A stretch of 64,000 nucleotides of DNA from Candidatus Latescibacterota bacterium (GTDB lineage: Bacteria > Latescibacterota > UBA2968 > GCA-2709665): positions 768,001-832,000 of the forward strand of contig CAXXXF010000015.1 of the NCBI GenBank assembly GCA_963667175.2, given 5' to 3'. The position numbers and the translations under genes are program-made. Below are positions 10,443 to 21,429 of the stretch, one piece after another (position 1 is the stretch's first letter; each line of letters begins with the position of its first letter). The notes below the pieces were generated by a model. The model saw only the letters and a list, made by a program, of their open reading frames with translations. It had not been told where the DNA came from and ran no database searches.

Positions 10443-11687
10443 ATGGTTGACATCCATCAGACCTTCAACTGGCACGATATCCATGGCAACCAGGACTACG
10501 TCTTTGGCGAAGGACGGGTACCTGAAAATGGACGGATCCAGGGCGCCGGTCCAATGTTTCCGTCGACTCAAGGAGGAGATCACCGACCGGTCCGGCTCGC
10601 TTGAACTGGCCATGAGAGTCGTGCTGGACGAGCCGGAATACCACACCCTCTACACCCTGCGCCTCTACGACAGCGCAGACCGCCCCGGCCATCGTCTGTC
10701 ACGTCCGGAGGGACGGCCGCGTGTTGTTCCGGGGGAAAAACGAACTGATGGATTTCCGGCGGGGTCCTCACGTTCCAGGGCGACTGTCCATTCAACGACC
10801 GAACGAAGCGCAAGTGGTACGTCGTCGAATCCGACGAACACACGTACACCTTCGAAGCGTTCGACTTTGCAAACCAGACCGCCGTCTTTCTTCTGGACGG
10901 CCAACAACCCGTCACCGTACCGTTCCGGAACCCTGTCCGGGATATCGCAAAACTGGAACTCAGACCGGCGGCGTCGGAATCGGCCGGTATATCCGCGTGA
11001 AACAGTTGAAGCAGTTCGTCGGACGGCGAACAGATCGACCGGGAAGACCACCCGCTCTACTGGAAACCGGTCCCCGCCGCCCCGGGACGGAGAACCGGAC
11101 GACAACGTCTGCGAGAGCGGGCTCAGACCCTTTGATAACCGATGGCTCGAGCTCATCACCCGGTACGGATTCGTAACGACGACCTTCCCCCGTTATCCCG
11201 AAGGGAACGCTGGAATTCGACGTCAAATCGCCGGACGTATCGGCGGAAGCCTGCGTCCTGCTGGGCGAATACGACGGCTCCATCAAGTGTTTTCGTAAGA
11301 TCCAGACGGGCATCCTGACAAACCGCATGACCATTGCGACCGGTCATCCGACGCCTGGTTTTCAACACGTTCGACAACTCCGTCTCTCCCGAAAACGACC
11401 GGGCGTACCGGTTCAAGATCGCATGGGACGCGGAAACCAATAAGCAGCGGATCTGGATCGACGACGTTCCTCAGAAATACCTGGGCGAGACGGATATCGA
11501 AATCCACGGTCTATGGGGCAGGAACAACCGGATGACGCGGGGAATCGACACCATCTCTCTGCATCCGGGCCTGCTCGGAACGGCGCGTCTCACGTCCATC
11601 CAGAAGGCCCAGGGCCGGACGCACGAAAATCCGCCGGAGCCCCTCCGCACCTGGTGGGGCAATTTCAGGCTGCGAGCCGTGGAATAA
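10443..11687 (+). pseudogene. Hypothetical protein broken by several frameshifts (probably sequencing artefact)
   Basis: GGAGG RBS plus ATG 10443; coding-like segments hop between the track ORFs 10395, 10357, 10721 and 11334 and end at TAA 11687. Confidence 0.55.
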
Positions 11688-11735
11688 CCATTGCCAGTCG
11701 ACGCAAGCTGTCGCGCCGTTTCGCGAAAGGTTGAA

Positions 11736-14084
11736 ATGCAAACCCATCGAACGCCATGTACGATGTACAAGCCCGACGACCTCGCGCGCGCCAGGGAGAA
11801 CATCAAACGACACGCGTGGGCGAAGGAACTCTATTCGCAAACCAAATCCCAGGCCGATACCTATCTGGCGATGGACCGGGATCGCATGCGCAGCTTTATC
11901 AGCGACCGGACGCCGCTGGTGACCGTTGTCTGTCCCAACTGCGGATGCGGACCGTGGTACGCGTACAGCCTGATCAACGACGGCGACACGCTTCAATGTA
12001 CAGATTGCAGGACCACGTGGGACTGGGACCCGGACGACGTCTCCGAGACGTGGAATATCCAGGCGGTGATCCGCACGTACCGCCTGAAATACATCCTTGG
12101 CGGCCTGGAGAGCGCCGGCATCGTGTACGGTGTCGAAGGCGACGTGCGATACGCCGAAAAAGCCGCCATTCTGGTCGAACGTTTCGCGGAAGTCTTCGAG
12201 GACTACCGGCTGAACCAGGTGAACAGGAACGTCTGGCACGATCAGAATGACCCCTATTACGGGAAAATCGACGGCTGGAAACAGCGGGATGCCTGGTGCG
12301 TCCGAAACGTGCTGCTGGCGTATGATCTGATCCGGGACTCGGGCGTCCTTAAGGACGATCAGCGCCGGTCCATCGACGCCTTTGTCGAATACGTTCGAGA
12401 CTATTTCGTCGAGTCGTTCAACAATCCGGGGGACTCGACCCTGAAGGGATACACCTGGTCCGATGACCTTTCACCCTACCTCTCCCACTACTCCATTCAG
12501 GACCACGGAGGCGCGTGGTGGTGCATCGCGGCTTCCGCCGCGCTGACGTGCGACCGGGAAATCCTGCAATCCGTCGTCACGTTATACGAAGACATGCTCA
12601 AGCCCGAGGCCGGCGTTTTCTTTCAGGACGGCGCGTTTTACGAATGCGCGGCCGACTACACCCTGGGACTGCTCCAGACGACCATCGGCATCCCCGAAAT
12701 CATCCGCGGAAACCTGGACACGGACGTGTACGCCAATCCCCGATGCGACCTTCTGGAGAAGTGTTACACCTGGTTCCTGGATGCCGCCTTTCCGAACGAC
12801 ACCAACCCTGCGATCAACGATTCGCACGTTGGCAGTCCGTTGCGCCATTTCTGTTCGGAAGTCGCCTATGTCGTCTACAACAACCAGAAGGCGCTGAGCC
12901 ATCTCAAGACTGTCTGGGGTGCGGACCTGAACGGCGGCGCCGAATACTCACTGTTCTACAGAGAGCCGGATGCCGCGGTCGAAAGCAGCGGCGAACCCTA
13001 CGCCGAGGAAAGCGTCCACCTGCCCGATATTGGACTCATGATTCTTCGTCATGGAAAAGACAAACCGTCGCGGACCATGGCCTTCATCGACTACGGTCCG
13101 TATATACCCGCCGCCCACAAGCAGAAGGACTATCTCAATTTCGTCCTGTGGTCCTGCGGCCAGGAACTCGTCACGGAAATGGGATACAACTGGAATCCGG
13201 AATGGGCGCGCCTGTGGGAACGCGGACCGCTATCCCACAATACCGTCCTGGAATGCGCCGAACAGGGCGAGGGCGGAAAACCGCTTTTGTGGTGCGTCAC
13301 CCCCGGTCCGAAACTGGCCGAGGCGGGCCTGCCGCCGGGCAATTCGCGCCTGATCGCCCTGCTGCCCCGAAGTTCCGGCGAACCCCTCATCGCCGATATC
13401 TTTCGCGTTTCCGGAGACATGAGTTCGTACACCTGGATGCTGCACGCCCGTTCAGGAGACCTGGAGGTCGCGGGTCTGGGCGACCTCTCGCCCACGGACG
13501 TTCCCGAGCCCTTGCGATCCGGCCGGTCGGGCCGAGCGATCGGCGACGTCGCGGCCACGTGGACCATGGATCGCGTCGGCCTGCGGACGATCGTCCCCAG
13601 GATCTGCGACACTGCGGTTACGATCTCCGAGTGTCCTCCCGAAGAGGACGTTATCGAGGACCTCCATGCCGAGGGCGGCACGTTGAAAACCGGCGCCGTT
13701 CTGCCGTATCGCGGCCACCTCCAGGTCCGCCGCCCCGGTCCGGACGCCATATTCGCCGCCGTACACGCGCCATTCCGGGACAGCCCACCAACGATCGACG
13801 TTCAATGCCAGATCCTGTCCGAGGAGGCGCTGGCCCTCCGGATTTCCACTGAGGAAGAGCGCTTTCTCCTTTTGCGTACACTTTCGCAAAACGAAGTGTG
13901 TCTGGGCGGAATCGCGCTGAAAGGGCGCGCGGCCGTTTTGACGTTCAAGAACGATGTCACCCATTCTCTCTGTCTCGCCTCCGGCACTTCCCTGGTTTGC
14001 GACGAATCCGAACTCCAACTCGACAGGACCGGTAACGCCTACGCGAAACGTTCCGGAGACACGTTCAAAAGGGTGGAGCTATAG
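11736..14084 (+). CDS. Heparinase II/III-like / oligo-alginate-lyase-like polysaccharide lyase
   Basis: Alpha/alpha N-terminal domain (LLAYDLI, DGAFYECAADY), PAINDS, HKQKDYLNF, EMGY and SHNTV of the Hepar_II_III domain; CPNC/CTDC Zn-ribbon insert. Confidence 0.75.
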   Translation: MQTHRTPCTMYKPDDLARARENIKRHAWAKELYSQTKSQADTYLAMDRDRMRSFISDRTPLVTVVCPNCGCGPWYAYSLINDGDTLQCTDCRTTWDWDPDDVSETWNIQAVIRTYRLKYILGGLESAGIVYGVEGDVRYAEKAAILVERFAEVFEDYRLNQVNRNVWHDQNDPYYGKIDGWKQRDAWCVRNVLLAYDLIRDSGVLKDDQRRSIDAFVEYVRDYFVESFNNPGDSTLKGYTWSDDLSPYLSHYSIQDHGGAWWCIAASAALTCDREILQSVVTLYEDMLKPEAGVFFQDGAFYECAADYTLGLLQTTIGIPEIIRGNLDTDVYANPRCDLLEKCYTWFLDAAFPNDTNPAINDSHVGSPLRHFCSEVAYVVYNNQKALSHLKTVWGADLNGGAEYSLFYREPDAAVESSGEPYAEESVHLPDIGLMILRHGKDKPSRTMAFIDYGPYIPAAHKQKDYLNFVLWSCGQELVTEMGYNWNPEWARLWERGPLSHNTVLECAEQGEGGKPLLWCVTPGPKLAEAGLPPGNSRLIALLPRSSGEPLIADIFRVSGDMSSYTWMLHARSGDLEVAGLGDLSPTDVPEPLRSGRSGRAIGDVAATWTMDRVGLRTIVPRICDTAVTISECPPEEDVIEDLHAEGGTLKTGAVLPYRGHLQVRRPGPDAIFAAVHAPFRDSPPTIDVQCQILSEEALALRISTEEERFLLLRTLSQNEVCLGGIALKGRAAVLTFKNDVTHSLCLASGTSLVCDESELQLDRTGNAYAKRSGDTFKRVEL

Positions 14085-14146
14085 GATTCAGTCCCTTATA
14101 TTGCGCCGTTCAGAACTGCAATCCTACCTCTATACAGGAGATTTGC

Positions 14147-15091
14147 ATGCCGTCCAACTTTCTCGACCGGGTCACCGAGGGCCACGTGCTGTGTGATGGC
14201 GGTTACTATCTCGAATTCGAACGACGTTGCCTCGGCAGCTACGCGTCCAGAATACCCATGGGGGTACTCGACTATCCGGAAGGCGTCCTTGAACTTCACA
14301 AGGAGTTCGCGCGGGCGGGCGCCGAGGTTCTCCAGGCGATGGTCTGGGGCGTGCGGCCGATGGAACGCGAAGAGGAACTCCACAGGAGGGCCGTGGAACT
14401 CGCGCGGGAAGCGGCCGGACCGGACCGGTTTGTGGCGGGCACCCTCAGCCCCTTCGTCTATTCGGGCCGCTCCAAATGGGATAAAATGTCCGAGGAAGAC
14501 AGGACCGGCGCCAGGCAATTCTTCGAACGCCGCGTTACCCAGCAGACCTCGGCCGGCGTGGACCTATTCATCATCGAAACCTTCTATTCCGTGGATGAAG
14601 TCAGCCTGGCCATTCCGTTTGTCAAGCAGGCGGGGATCCCGGCCGTAGTGACAATGACCTATCGCGACGGGGAATTTACCCGGGAAGGCTATCGCCCCGG
14701 CGAAGCCGCCAAACGACTCGTGGACGCAGGGGCCGACGTGGTCGGCATCAATTGCATGCGCCCGTGGTCGACCATGCGGCCTCTGATGTACGAAGTCGGG
14801 GAAGCCGTTTCCGTACCCCTGTGCGCACAGCCCACGGGTTACGAACTCGAGCCGGGCGAGAACTTCAACCGTCCGCTGAGCGTCGCCGATCTCTGGACGC
14901 AGGTCGAGCCCCGCGTTGTCACGCGATTTTCCATGGCGGAGTATACCGCCGAAGCGACACGTATGGGCATCGGCTTGATTGGCTCCTGCTGCGGCGCCCT
15001 GCCGTATCACGTCCGGGCCATGGCGGAGGCGCTCGGCAAACCCACCGACCTGCCCGACGTCGACCGCGGATACCACGGTCTGGCGGGGTGA
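14147..15091 (+). CDS. Homocysteine S-methyltransferase family protein (BHMT-like)
   Basis: DGGYYLEFERR, LHKEFARAGAEVLQ, Zn ligands VGINC and GSCCG. Confidence 0.9.
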   Translation: MPSNFLDRVTEGHVLCDGGYYLEFERRCLGSYASRIPMGVLDYPEGVLELHKEFARAGAEVLQAMVWGVRPMEREEELHRRAVELAREAAGPDRFVAGTLSPFVYSGRSKWDKMSEEDRTGARQFFERRVTQQTSAGVDLFIIETFYSVDEVSLAIPFVKQAGIPAVVTMTYRDGEFTREGYRPGEAAKRLVDAGADVVGINCMRPWSTMRPLMYEVGEAVSVPLCAQPTGYELEPGENFNRPLSVADLWTQVEPRVVTRFSMAEYTAEATRMGIGLIGSCCGALPYHVRAMAEALGKPTDLPDVDRGYHGLAG

Positions 15092-15250
15092 GACGCGACC
15101 ATGGAATCGTGAGGGTCCGTGCGGAGGTCTATCCGGCGTCCGTGGACAGGGATTCAGGGGGGTGACGACCGTTCCGGCAACGGGTCGCGAGTCGGGCGGG
15201 AAGTTGCCCCATCCCGCCGCCCACGCTGCGCCAACGGGAGGAAACCACTC

Positions 15251-16921
15251 ATGTTGAATGAAATCACCGCCTGTCTCCATAAGGGGTTCGAACTCGGCGT
15301 CCGGTGGACGGATGAGCGCGGCGTCCTGAACGACCCCTACGAAAGCAACCGGCCGGAGAACTTCGCGCCTGCATGCTGGGCCGTCATCGGCGCATCGCTC
15401 TACCGGCTCACCGGCGAGGACGTTTGTCTGGAGTGGACCGACCGGTGGATGCAGCGCACCGCCGAGGTTATGGACGGCGCCAGGAATTCGCCCGGTTTCA
15501 GGGAATACGTGATGGGGTACGGCGTGATGGTCTATCCCATTCTTTCGGACGTCGTGGACAGGGAACTCCTGGAAGGCTGGGAAGCCGCCTTTGCAGCGTC
15601 CTATACGGACGACGCCGGATTGTCCGACTGCCACGTCTCCGCCGCGTCGCTGCTGTGCGACATGTTCCTGGACAGCGGGCGGGAGAAGAAAGCCCGGGAG
15701 CGATCCGGAGAATTCATCGCGGCGTTCAACAGGCGAGTCACATCCGGGGGTTTCCTTCGAGACGACGACGTGAACGGGAATTCTGTCGCGCACGTCTATC
15801 TGACCGGCGCCTTCCTGGCCGCTACCCTTCTCAAGAACAAATCAGACGTCGCGTTCGGGTCCGAGGTCGAACGACTCCTTGAGACGATCTGCGGCTGGTT
15901 CAAACGGGCGAACGGTCGTTTCCATCTTCCGTTCCTGGCCAGCAGGAGCATCTACCAGATGTACGTGTATCCCATGGTCGCGCTTCTCTCGTACATCGGA
16001 GAGGGTGGAAAGGCCAGAGACAGAGTCCTCGCGCTGCTCGAATTCTGTCAGTCCTTCAATCCGGAAAACGACGTTTTCTCCCACACGCCCAACCACCTGT
16101 CGCCCTACGTCCTCGCGGGCCTGGAGTGGACTTATAATCGTCTGAACACCGACCTCGGCGCGGGCCTTGTCGCCTGGGCGCTGCTCGCGCTCCTGATCGA
16201 ACAGGAATGGCCGGGGTTCGCCACGGTCGCCGCCGCTCCCCCCTTGCAGGACGTTGTCGATCCGGAAGCCGGGTACGCGATCCTGCACGGCGAGAAGTCC
16301 CGCGTGGCCTTCGCGCTTTGTAATCACGACTGGGGCTATCACCTGCCGCTCCAGCCGCTTTCCGTTAAATTCGACAATACACCGATGATCGAACCCATTG
16401 CCGACGCCAAACGGGATGGTGTCAAACACGCTTTCTATGAACAGATCGCCGAACCGCACAAGGCCGATCCGCTGCTTGAGCCTTACTTCGGCATTCTCGT
16501 TCAAGAGGCAGACGGCGCTTTTCGAATCATGGATGGCAGCGCCGACGTGGTCGCCGCCGATGAATACAGGCTGACCGGGCCGGTATCGCTGAACCTGAAA
16601 CTCGATCTGAAGAACGAACTCATTCGGCTGACGTACCGCGTCACGGACCTTAAGAACGACGATCAGCCCGTCTTCTCCATCCCGGTCCTGCTGTGGGACG
16701 GGAAGGAGGAACTGACGTACAGAATTGACAACGGCGCCCTGGTTCTGGCCTGGAAAGGCGCGGCCTACCGGGTATCGATAGTCGGCAACAGCGGTCCGTG
16801 GGACCTTGACATGGCGCGTTATCTGCACGCCGGATGCGGACTGACCGCGAATATGACCGTTCCACTGGCGCATAACGCCACCCATCTGGATGCCGCTGTC
16901 ACAATTGAACGGACGGCGTGA
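15251..16921 (+). CDS. Hypothetical protein (alpha/alpha barrel plus beta domain, lyase-like)
   Basis: About 556-aa ORF co-oriented in the cluster; no diagnostic motif recognised. Confidence 0.6.
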   Translation: MLNEITACLHKGFELGVRWTDERGVLNDPYESNRPENFAPACWAVIGASLYRLTGEDVCLEWTDRWMQRTAEVMDGARNSPGFREYVMGYGVMVYPILSDVVDRELLEGWEAAFAASYTDDAGLSDCHVSAASLLCDMFLDSGREKKARERSGEFIAAFNRRVTSGGFLRDDDVNGNSVAHVYLTGAFLAATLLKNKSDVAFGSEVERLLETICGWFKRANGRFHLPFLASRSIYQMYVYPMVALLSYIGEGGKARDRVLALLEFCQSFNPENDVFSHTPNHLSPYVLAGLEWTYNRLNTDLGAGLVAWALLALLIEQEWPGFATVAAAPPLQDVVDPEAGYAILHGEKSRVAFALCNHDWGYHLPLQPLSVKFDNTPMIEPIADAKRDGVKHAFYEQIAEPHKADPLLEPYFGILVQEADGAFRIMDGSADVVAADEYRLTGPVSLNLKLDLKNELIRLTYRVTDLKNDDQPVFSIPVLLWDGKEELTYRIDNGALVLAWKGAAYRVSIVGNSGPWDLDMARYLHAGCGLTANMTVPLAHNATHLDAAVTIERTA

Positions 16922-16946
16922 GAATCTCCTTTCTGAAGGGCCGGTC

Positions 16947-17930
16947 ATGAACCTCGGATTCGTCGGTCTGGGCAACTATTCCAGAAACCACGAGCGGGCC
17001 GTCCAAAAGAATCCGGACCTGGTCCTGGTATCCGTCTATGATATTGTACGTGAACGCACTGACCGGGTAGCCCGGGAGTTTGGCGCAAAACGGGCGTCCA
17101 CGATCGAAGATCTGGCCGGCGACCCGGACGTTGAGGCGGTCGTGATCACAACGCCCAACAACCGCCACGTTGACGACTTCAAGGTCTGCGCGGCCCACGC
17201 CAAACACGTCTTCGTCAACGTTCCCGTCACGACAAGCCGCGCCGAGGCAGCGGAGATGTTGCGACTTGCCAACGAAAAAGACCTCACCTATATGGCGGGA
17301 CACAACCTCCGCAAAAATCCGGCCATCTCCCACCTGAAGAAGCGTCTGGACGCCGGCGACGTCGGCGCCCTGCACTCGGTCGAAGCCTCCGTCGGAGGCG
17401 CCGCCGCCTATGATCTCAGGCCGGACAACTGGCGGTACCAACTGAAAAACGCGCCGCTTCTTCCTTTTGCGCAGATGGCCGTCGTCTTCATCGACCTTGT
17501 CCTGGATATCATGGGCGCGCCAGAGAGAATCTCAGCCTTCATGTCCAAGAGAGACGGGGCCGGAGAATCCCCGGACCTGGGCGCCGTTATCGGCCGCTAC
17601 GCCGATGGACGGCTTTCCTATATCGGCGCGTCGTACGTCTCTCATCTGGGCTACGAAATCACCTTTGCGGGCAGCGACGCCAGAGTCACGTGGGACAGCC
17701 ACGACGAAAACGCCGTCACCCTGATCGGTACCGAGACTCGCCAGCGCGAATCCTTCGACCGGATCGACGAACAGTACGAGGAACTCGCCGAATTTGCGCA
17801 CTGCGTGGAAACCGGCGCCGCACCCTCGGTGAACGGCCTGCACGCGTTCAACGTCGCCGCCTACTTCGAAGCGATTGAGGAATCCGTCAACACGGAGCGG
17901 GCCGCTCGCTTCAGGCCTTTCGACGAATAG
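16947..17930 (+). CDS. Gfo/Idh/MocA family oxidoreductase
   Basis: LGFVGLG, VEAVVITTPNNRH, KHVFVNVP (variant of EKP), MAGHNLR. Confidence 0.85.
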   Translation: MNLGFVGLGNYSRNHERAVQKNPDLVLVSVYDIVRERTDRVAREFGAKRASTIEDLAGDPDVEAVVITTPNNRHVDDFKVCAAHAKHVFVNVPVTTSRAEAAEMLRLANEKDLTYMAGHNLRKNPAISHLKKRLDAGDVGALHSVEASVGGAAAYDLRPDNWRYQLKNAPLLPFAQMAVVFIDLVLDIMGAPERISAFMSKRDGAGESPDLGAVIGRYADGRLSYIGASYVSHLGYEITFAGSDARVTWDSHDENAVTLIGTETRQRESFDRIDEQYEELAEFAHCVETGAAPSVNGLHAFNVAAYFEAIEESVNTERAARFRPFDE

Positions 17931-17931
17931 C

Positions 17932-17961
17932 AAAAAGCCCTGGAGATCGTATCTCCAGGGC
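17932..17961 (-). terminator. Intrinsic terminator of proS, between convergent genes
   Basis: GCCCTGGAGAT-cgt-ATCTCCAGGGC hairpin followed by a T run on the minus strand. Confidence 0.75.
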
Positions 17962-17990
17962 CTCGGCTGATTCAATCCGGCGACCATCAT

Positions 17991-19727
17991 TCAGAATGCT
18001 TCAAGACCTTTCCGAACGACGTCTTTCACGTAGCCCACCAGCGCATCGATTGCGACGTCTTTTCTTTCCTGTTCGTTTCTCAACTTCACCTCCACCTCTC
18101 CCCTCGCCAGGCCCCTGGAACCCACCGTTATTCGAATCGGGATGCCGATCAGGTCCGCATCGTTGAATTTCACGCCCGCCCGTTCGTCGCGGTCATCCAC
18201 AAGCGCCTCGATCTCCGCGACTTCGAGACCGCGACGGATCTTCTCCGCCGCCTCCAACTCTCCTTTAGGGCGGTTTCCCGATAGCACCACGATATGTGCA
18301 TGGAACGGCGCGACCGGTATCGGCCAGATGATGCCCTGCTCGTCGTGGTGCGCCTCGATGACGCACGCCAGCAGGCGCCCAACGCCGATCCCGTAGGAAC
18401 CCATCACCAGCGGGCGGGCTTTACCGTGCTCGTCCAGGAAGTTCGCGCCCAGTTTCTCGCTGTACCTCGTGCCCAGCTTGAAGATATTCCCCACCTCGAC
18501 CCCGCGCGTCGACTTCAGAGGGGCGCCGCAGGAGGCGCAGGGCATCCCCTCCTCCACCGCCACCAGATCTGTGACGAGGTCCGCCTCGAAATCCCTGCCC
18601 ACGTTCACGTTCAGATAGTGATAATCCTCTCTGTTCGCACCGGACACCAGGTTGTTGGAGGACGCCACCAGGTTGTCAACAACAACCAGCGCGTCTTTCG
18701 CGATGCCGATGGGCGATCCGTAACCGGGCTCAGCGCCGATGGATCGGATTTCATCCACTGTTGCCGGACGCATCTCGACGGCCCCGGCGGCGTTTGCCAA
18801 TTTCGTTTCGCTAAGTTCATGGTCTCCCCGCACGAGTGCGAAGACAAACCGGTCCAGGCCCTGGATTGAACCAACCATAAACACCGCCTTGGCCGTCCGG
18901 CTCGCGGGAACGTCCAGGAACCGCGCCAGTTCTTCTATGGTCGCGCATCCTGGCGTTGCCACTTCCCGGAGCGCTTGCGGTGTCTCCCGGGTGGCCTCCT
19001 CCCTTCCACAAACGGCAATCTGCCGGTTCGCGCGGTACCCGCAGCCGTGGCAGATCAGGAGCGTATCCTCACCCACGGGATTCAGATACATGAATTCGTG
19101 CGCCCCGGTGCCGCCCATCATGCCGGTGTCGCTCTCCACCGAAACCACCTGGCCCGCCAGGCCCACGCGCCGGAAGATACGCTCATAGGCCCGGAACATG
19201 TCCTGATAGACCGAATCCAGGCCGGACTCTTCCAGGTCGAAACTGTACGCGTCCTTCATGGTAAATTCCCGCACGCGGATCAGACCTCCCCGGCTGCGGG
19301 GCTCGTCGCGGAATTTCGTCTGAATCTGGAACACGCACATGGGCAACTGCCGGTAGCTCCGAATCTGATGCCGCGCCAGGTCCGTGACCGCCTCTTCATG
19401 GGTCATTGCCAGGCACATGTCCCGGTCGGATCGATCCTGCATCCGAAGCATTTCCGGCCCCACCTCGTTCCATCTGGCACTCTCACGCCATAGCTCCGCC
19501 GGTTGCACGATGGGCATCAGCAGTTCCACGCAATCGATCGCCGCCATCTCCTCGCGAAAAATCGCCTCGATCTTCCGTGCGACGCGGAGACCCAGCGGCA
19601 AGGCGCTGAAAATGCCCGCCGCAAGCGGGCGGATCAGCCCGGCCCGCAACGCAAGCCGGTGGCTGACCAACTCCGCGTCTGCCGGGGCTTCGCGAAGCGT
19701 CTGGGTAAACAACCTGCTGTACCGCAT
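17991..19727 (-). CDS. proS: Proline--tRNA ligase (bacterial type with editing domain)
   Basis: MTHEE, FQIQTKFRDEPRSRGGLIRVREFTMKDAYSF, GVEVGNIFKLG, MGSYGIGVGR, anticodon domain DADLIGIP. Confidence 0.98.
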   Translation of the reverse strand: MRYSRLFTQTLREAPADAELVSHRLALRAGLIRPLAAGIFSALPLGLRVARKIEAIFREEMAAIDCVELLMPIVQPAELWRESARWNEVGPEMLRMQDRSDRDMCLAMTHEEAVTDLARHQIRSYRQLPMCVFQIQTKFRDEPRSRGGLIRVREFTMKDAYSFDLEESGLDSVYQDMFRAYERIFRRVGLAGQVVSVESDTGMMGGTGAHEFMYLNPVGEDTLLICHGCGYRANRQIAVCGREEATRETPQALREVATPGCATIEELARFLDVPASRTAKAVFMVGSIQGLDRFVFALVRGDHELSETKLANAAGAVEMRPATVDEIRSIGAEPGYGSPIGIAKDALVVVDNLVASSNNLVSGANREDYHYLNVNVGRDFEADLVTDLVAVEEGMPCASCGAPLKSTRGVEVGNIFKLGTRYSEKLGANFLDEHGKARPLVMGSYGIGVGRLLACVIEAHHDEQGIIWPIPVAPFHAHIVVLSGNRPKGELEAAEKIRRGLEVAEIEALVDDRDERAGVKFNDADLIGIPIRITVGSRGLARGEVEVKLRNEQERKDVAIDALVGYVKDVVRKGLEAF

Positions 19728-19789
19728 CAGGCTTCCTTTCCATGTCGATCGAAACCCGACCGCCGCCCCTCGCTTTCCGGGACGGAAAA

Positions 19790-20539
19790 TCAGAAGTCAA
19801 ACAGCTTCAAGGCCGTCTTGCCCATGATCCATTCAAGCTGGTCTTCAGACAGAAACTCCCAGCGGCGTGGCATTTCTACCGCCATCTCACAGGTCTCATG
19901 AAGACTCACGGGCGGGAAGTCGCTCCCCCACATCATCCGTTCGGCGCCGAACCGCTCCAGCGCCCTCTCGATGAACGGCGTTGCCTCGTCGTAGGGATAT
20001 CCCTTCCCGAATCCATAGAATCCCGACAGCATGAAGACCGTATTCTCGTAGTCCGCGTATCCCATCAGGCGCTCATATTCCGGCTCGTCGGGCGTCTTCT
20101 CCACGTCGGGGAACCATCCCATGTGCTCAATGCGAAACATGGCGCGCGGATGACGCTGAATTCGCTTTTCCATCGCGGGGCGAAGCATACCCGCCATGCC
20201 TCCGCTCAGACTGGCCATGATACCGAGTTCGCCAACGGTATCCCAGACCGCCTCATTGTCGACCGAAGCCGGAATGCGCAGTCCCGCGAGACCGAACGCG
20301 GCCACTTCTCTCCGGATTCGCTCGCCCGCGTCCGCCGCTTCGTAGTCCACGGCGCCCAGAGAAGCGAAGCGTCCCGGATAACGGACCATACAGTCCTTCA
20401 GGTAGGCGTTATCATGACACCCTCCGTACTGCACCAGCAGCGCCTTGTCGATGCCGGCCGATTCCATCTGCGCCAGCAGCACCTCTACGGCGACGTATTT
20501 GGTCAGCCCCACGTGCACATGCCCGTCGACAATGGTCAT
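19790..20539 (-). CDS. Amidohydrolase family protein (Amidohydro_2)
   Basis: IVDGHVH, IEHMG, RMMWGSDFP. Confidence 0.9.
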   Translation of the reverse strand: MTIVDGHVHVGLTKYVAVEVLLAQMESAGIDKALLVQYGGCHDNAYLKDCMVRYPGRFASLGAVDYEAADAGERIRREVAAFGLAGLRIPASVDNEAVWDTVGELGIMASLSGGMAGMLRPAMEKRIQRHPRAMFRIEHMGWFPDVEKTPDEPEYERLMGYADYENTVFMLSGFYGFGKGYPYDEATPFIERALERFGAERMMWGSDFPPVSLHETCEMAVEMPRRWEFLSEDQLEWIMGKTALKLFDF

Positions 20540-20604
20540 TCCATCCCTCCCTTACTGCATGATGCGTGACCCGAAGGTCCGGCGTTCATTTCGACGGCGG
20601 GGGT

Positions 20605-21429
20605 TCAGTCAATCTCAACAACCAGCCCGTCCTCCGCCACGAGCACCTCGCCGCCGTATCCGCCCCTGATTTCTTCCGCCATCTGGTACGGGGCTGTCCG
20701 GTCTCGTGTAACGTCTTCGATCACCAGGTGTTTGATCATGACGCGCATCACTTCGGCTTTCCGCGCGACGTCCGCAATATCCGCGGGCGTGATATGCCAG
20801 GCGCCCCACGGCTGTGTCGCCAGGAACTCCGGCGTGCCGGAACACTCGATGACCAGGAGGTTCGCGCCTCTGCAAAAGTCCGGGAAGTCCTCATCGGGCG
20901 TTCCGTCTCCCGTAATGACGACGCGACGGTCGCCCGCGTCGACCCGGTAGGCCAGCGTCGGGATATTCCCGTGATCGGTGAATGTCGCGGAAATCCGGTA
21001 ATCGTCCTGTTCCAGGAAGGGGTGATTTCGATCCACTTCGATCACTTCCGGATCCAGCGGGCGGACGTCCTTTCCGTGACTAAGCCTGCTGTTGATGTCC
21101 TGTTCAAAGGGCGGCCGGATGACTCGTTCCACGAAATCCCGGGTGCCCGCAGGACCGTAAATCCTCAATCGACGATTCCGTACCTTGACCCATCCCACGA
21201 AAACCAGATAGGGCACATCGACAATATGATCGAAATGCAGGTGGGTCAAAAACAGCCGGTCCACCTCCTCGCATCCCACGCCCGCGCGCGCCAGGTTCGT
21301 GCCGGCGCTCCGGCCGCAGTCGAACATCAACACCTCGTTGCCGACCCGAAGCATCTGCGCAGGACCGCCCCTGACCGGGTTGTCCCGGACGGCGCCGCTG
21401 CCCAGCATCACAAACGTCATTCCAGCCAT
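20605..21429 (-). CDS. MBL-fold metallo-hydrolase (RNase Z / AtsA-like)
   Basis: LGSG, FDCG, THLHFDH, LRIYGP, VITGD, WHIT. Confidence 0.88.
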   Translation of the reverse strand: MAGMTFVMLGSGAVRDNPVRGGPAQMLRVGNEVLMFDCGRSAGTNLARAGVGCEEVDRLFLTHLHFDHIVDVPYLVFVGWVKVRNRRLRIYGPAGTRDFVERVIRPPFEQDINSRLSHGKDVRPLDPEVIEVDRNHPFLEQDDYRISATFTDHGNIPTLAYRVDAGDRRVVITGDGTPDEDFPDFCRGANLLVIECSGTPEFLATQPWGAWHITPADIADVARKAEVMRVMIKHLVIEDVTRDRTAPYQMAEEIRGGYGGEVLVAEDGLVVEID

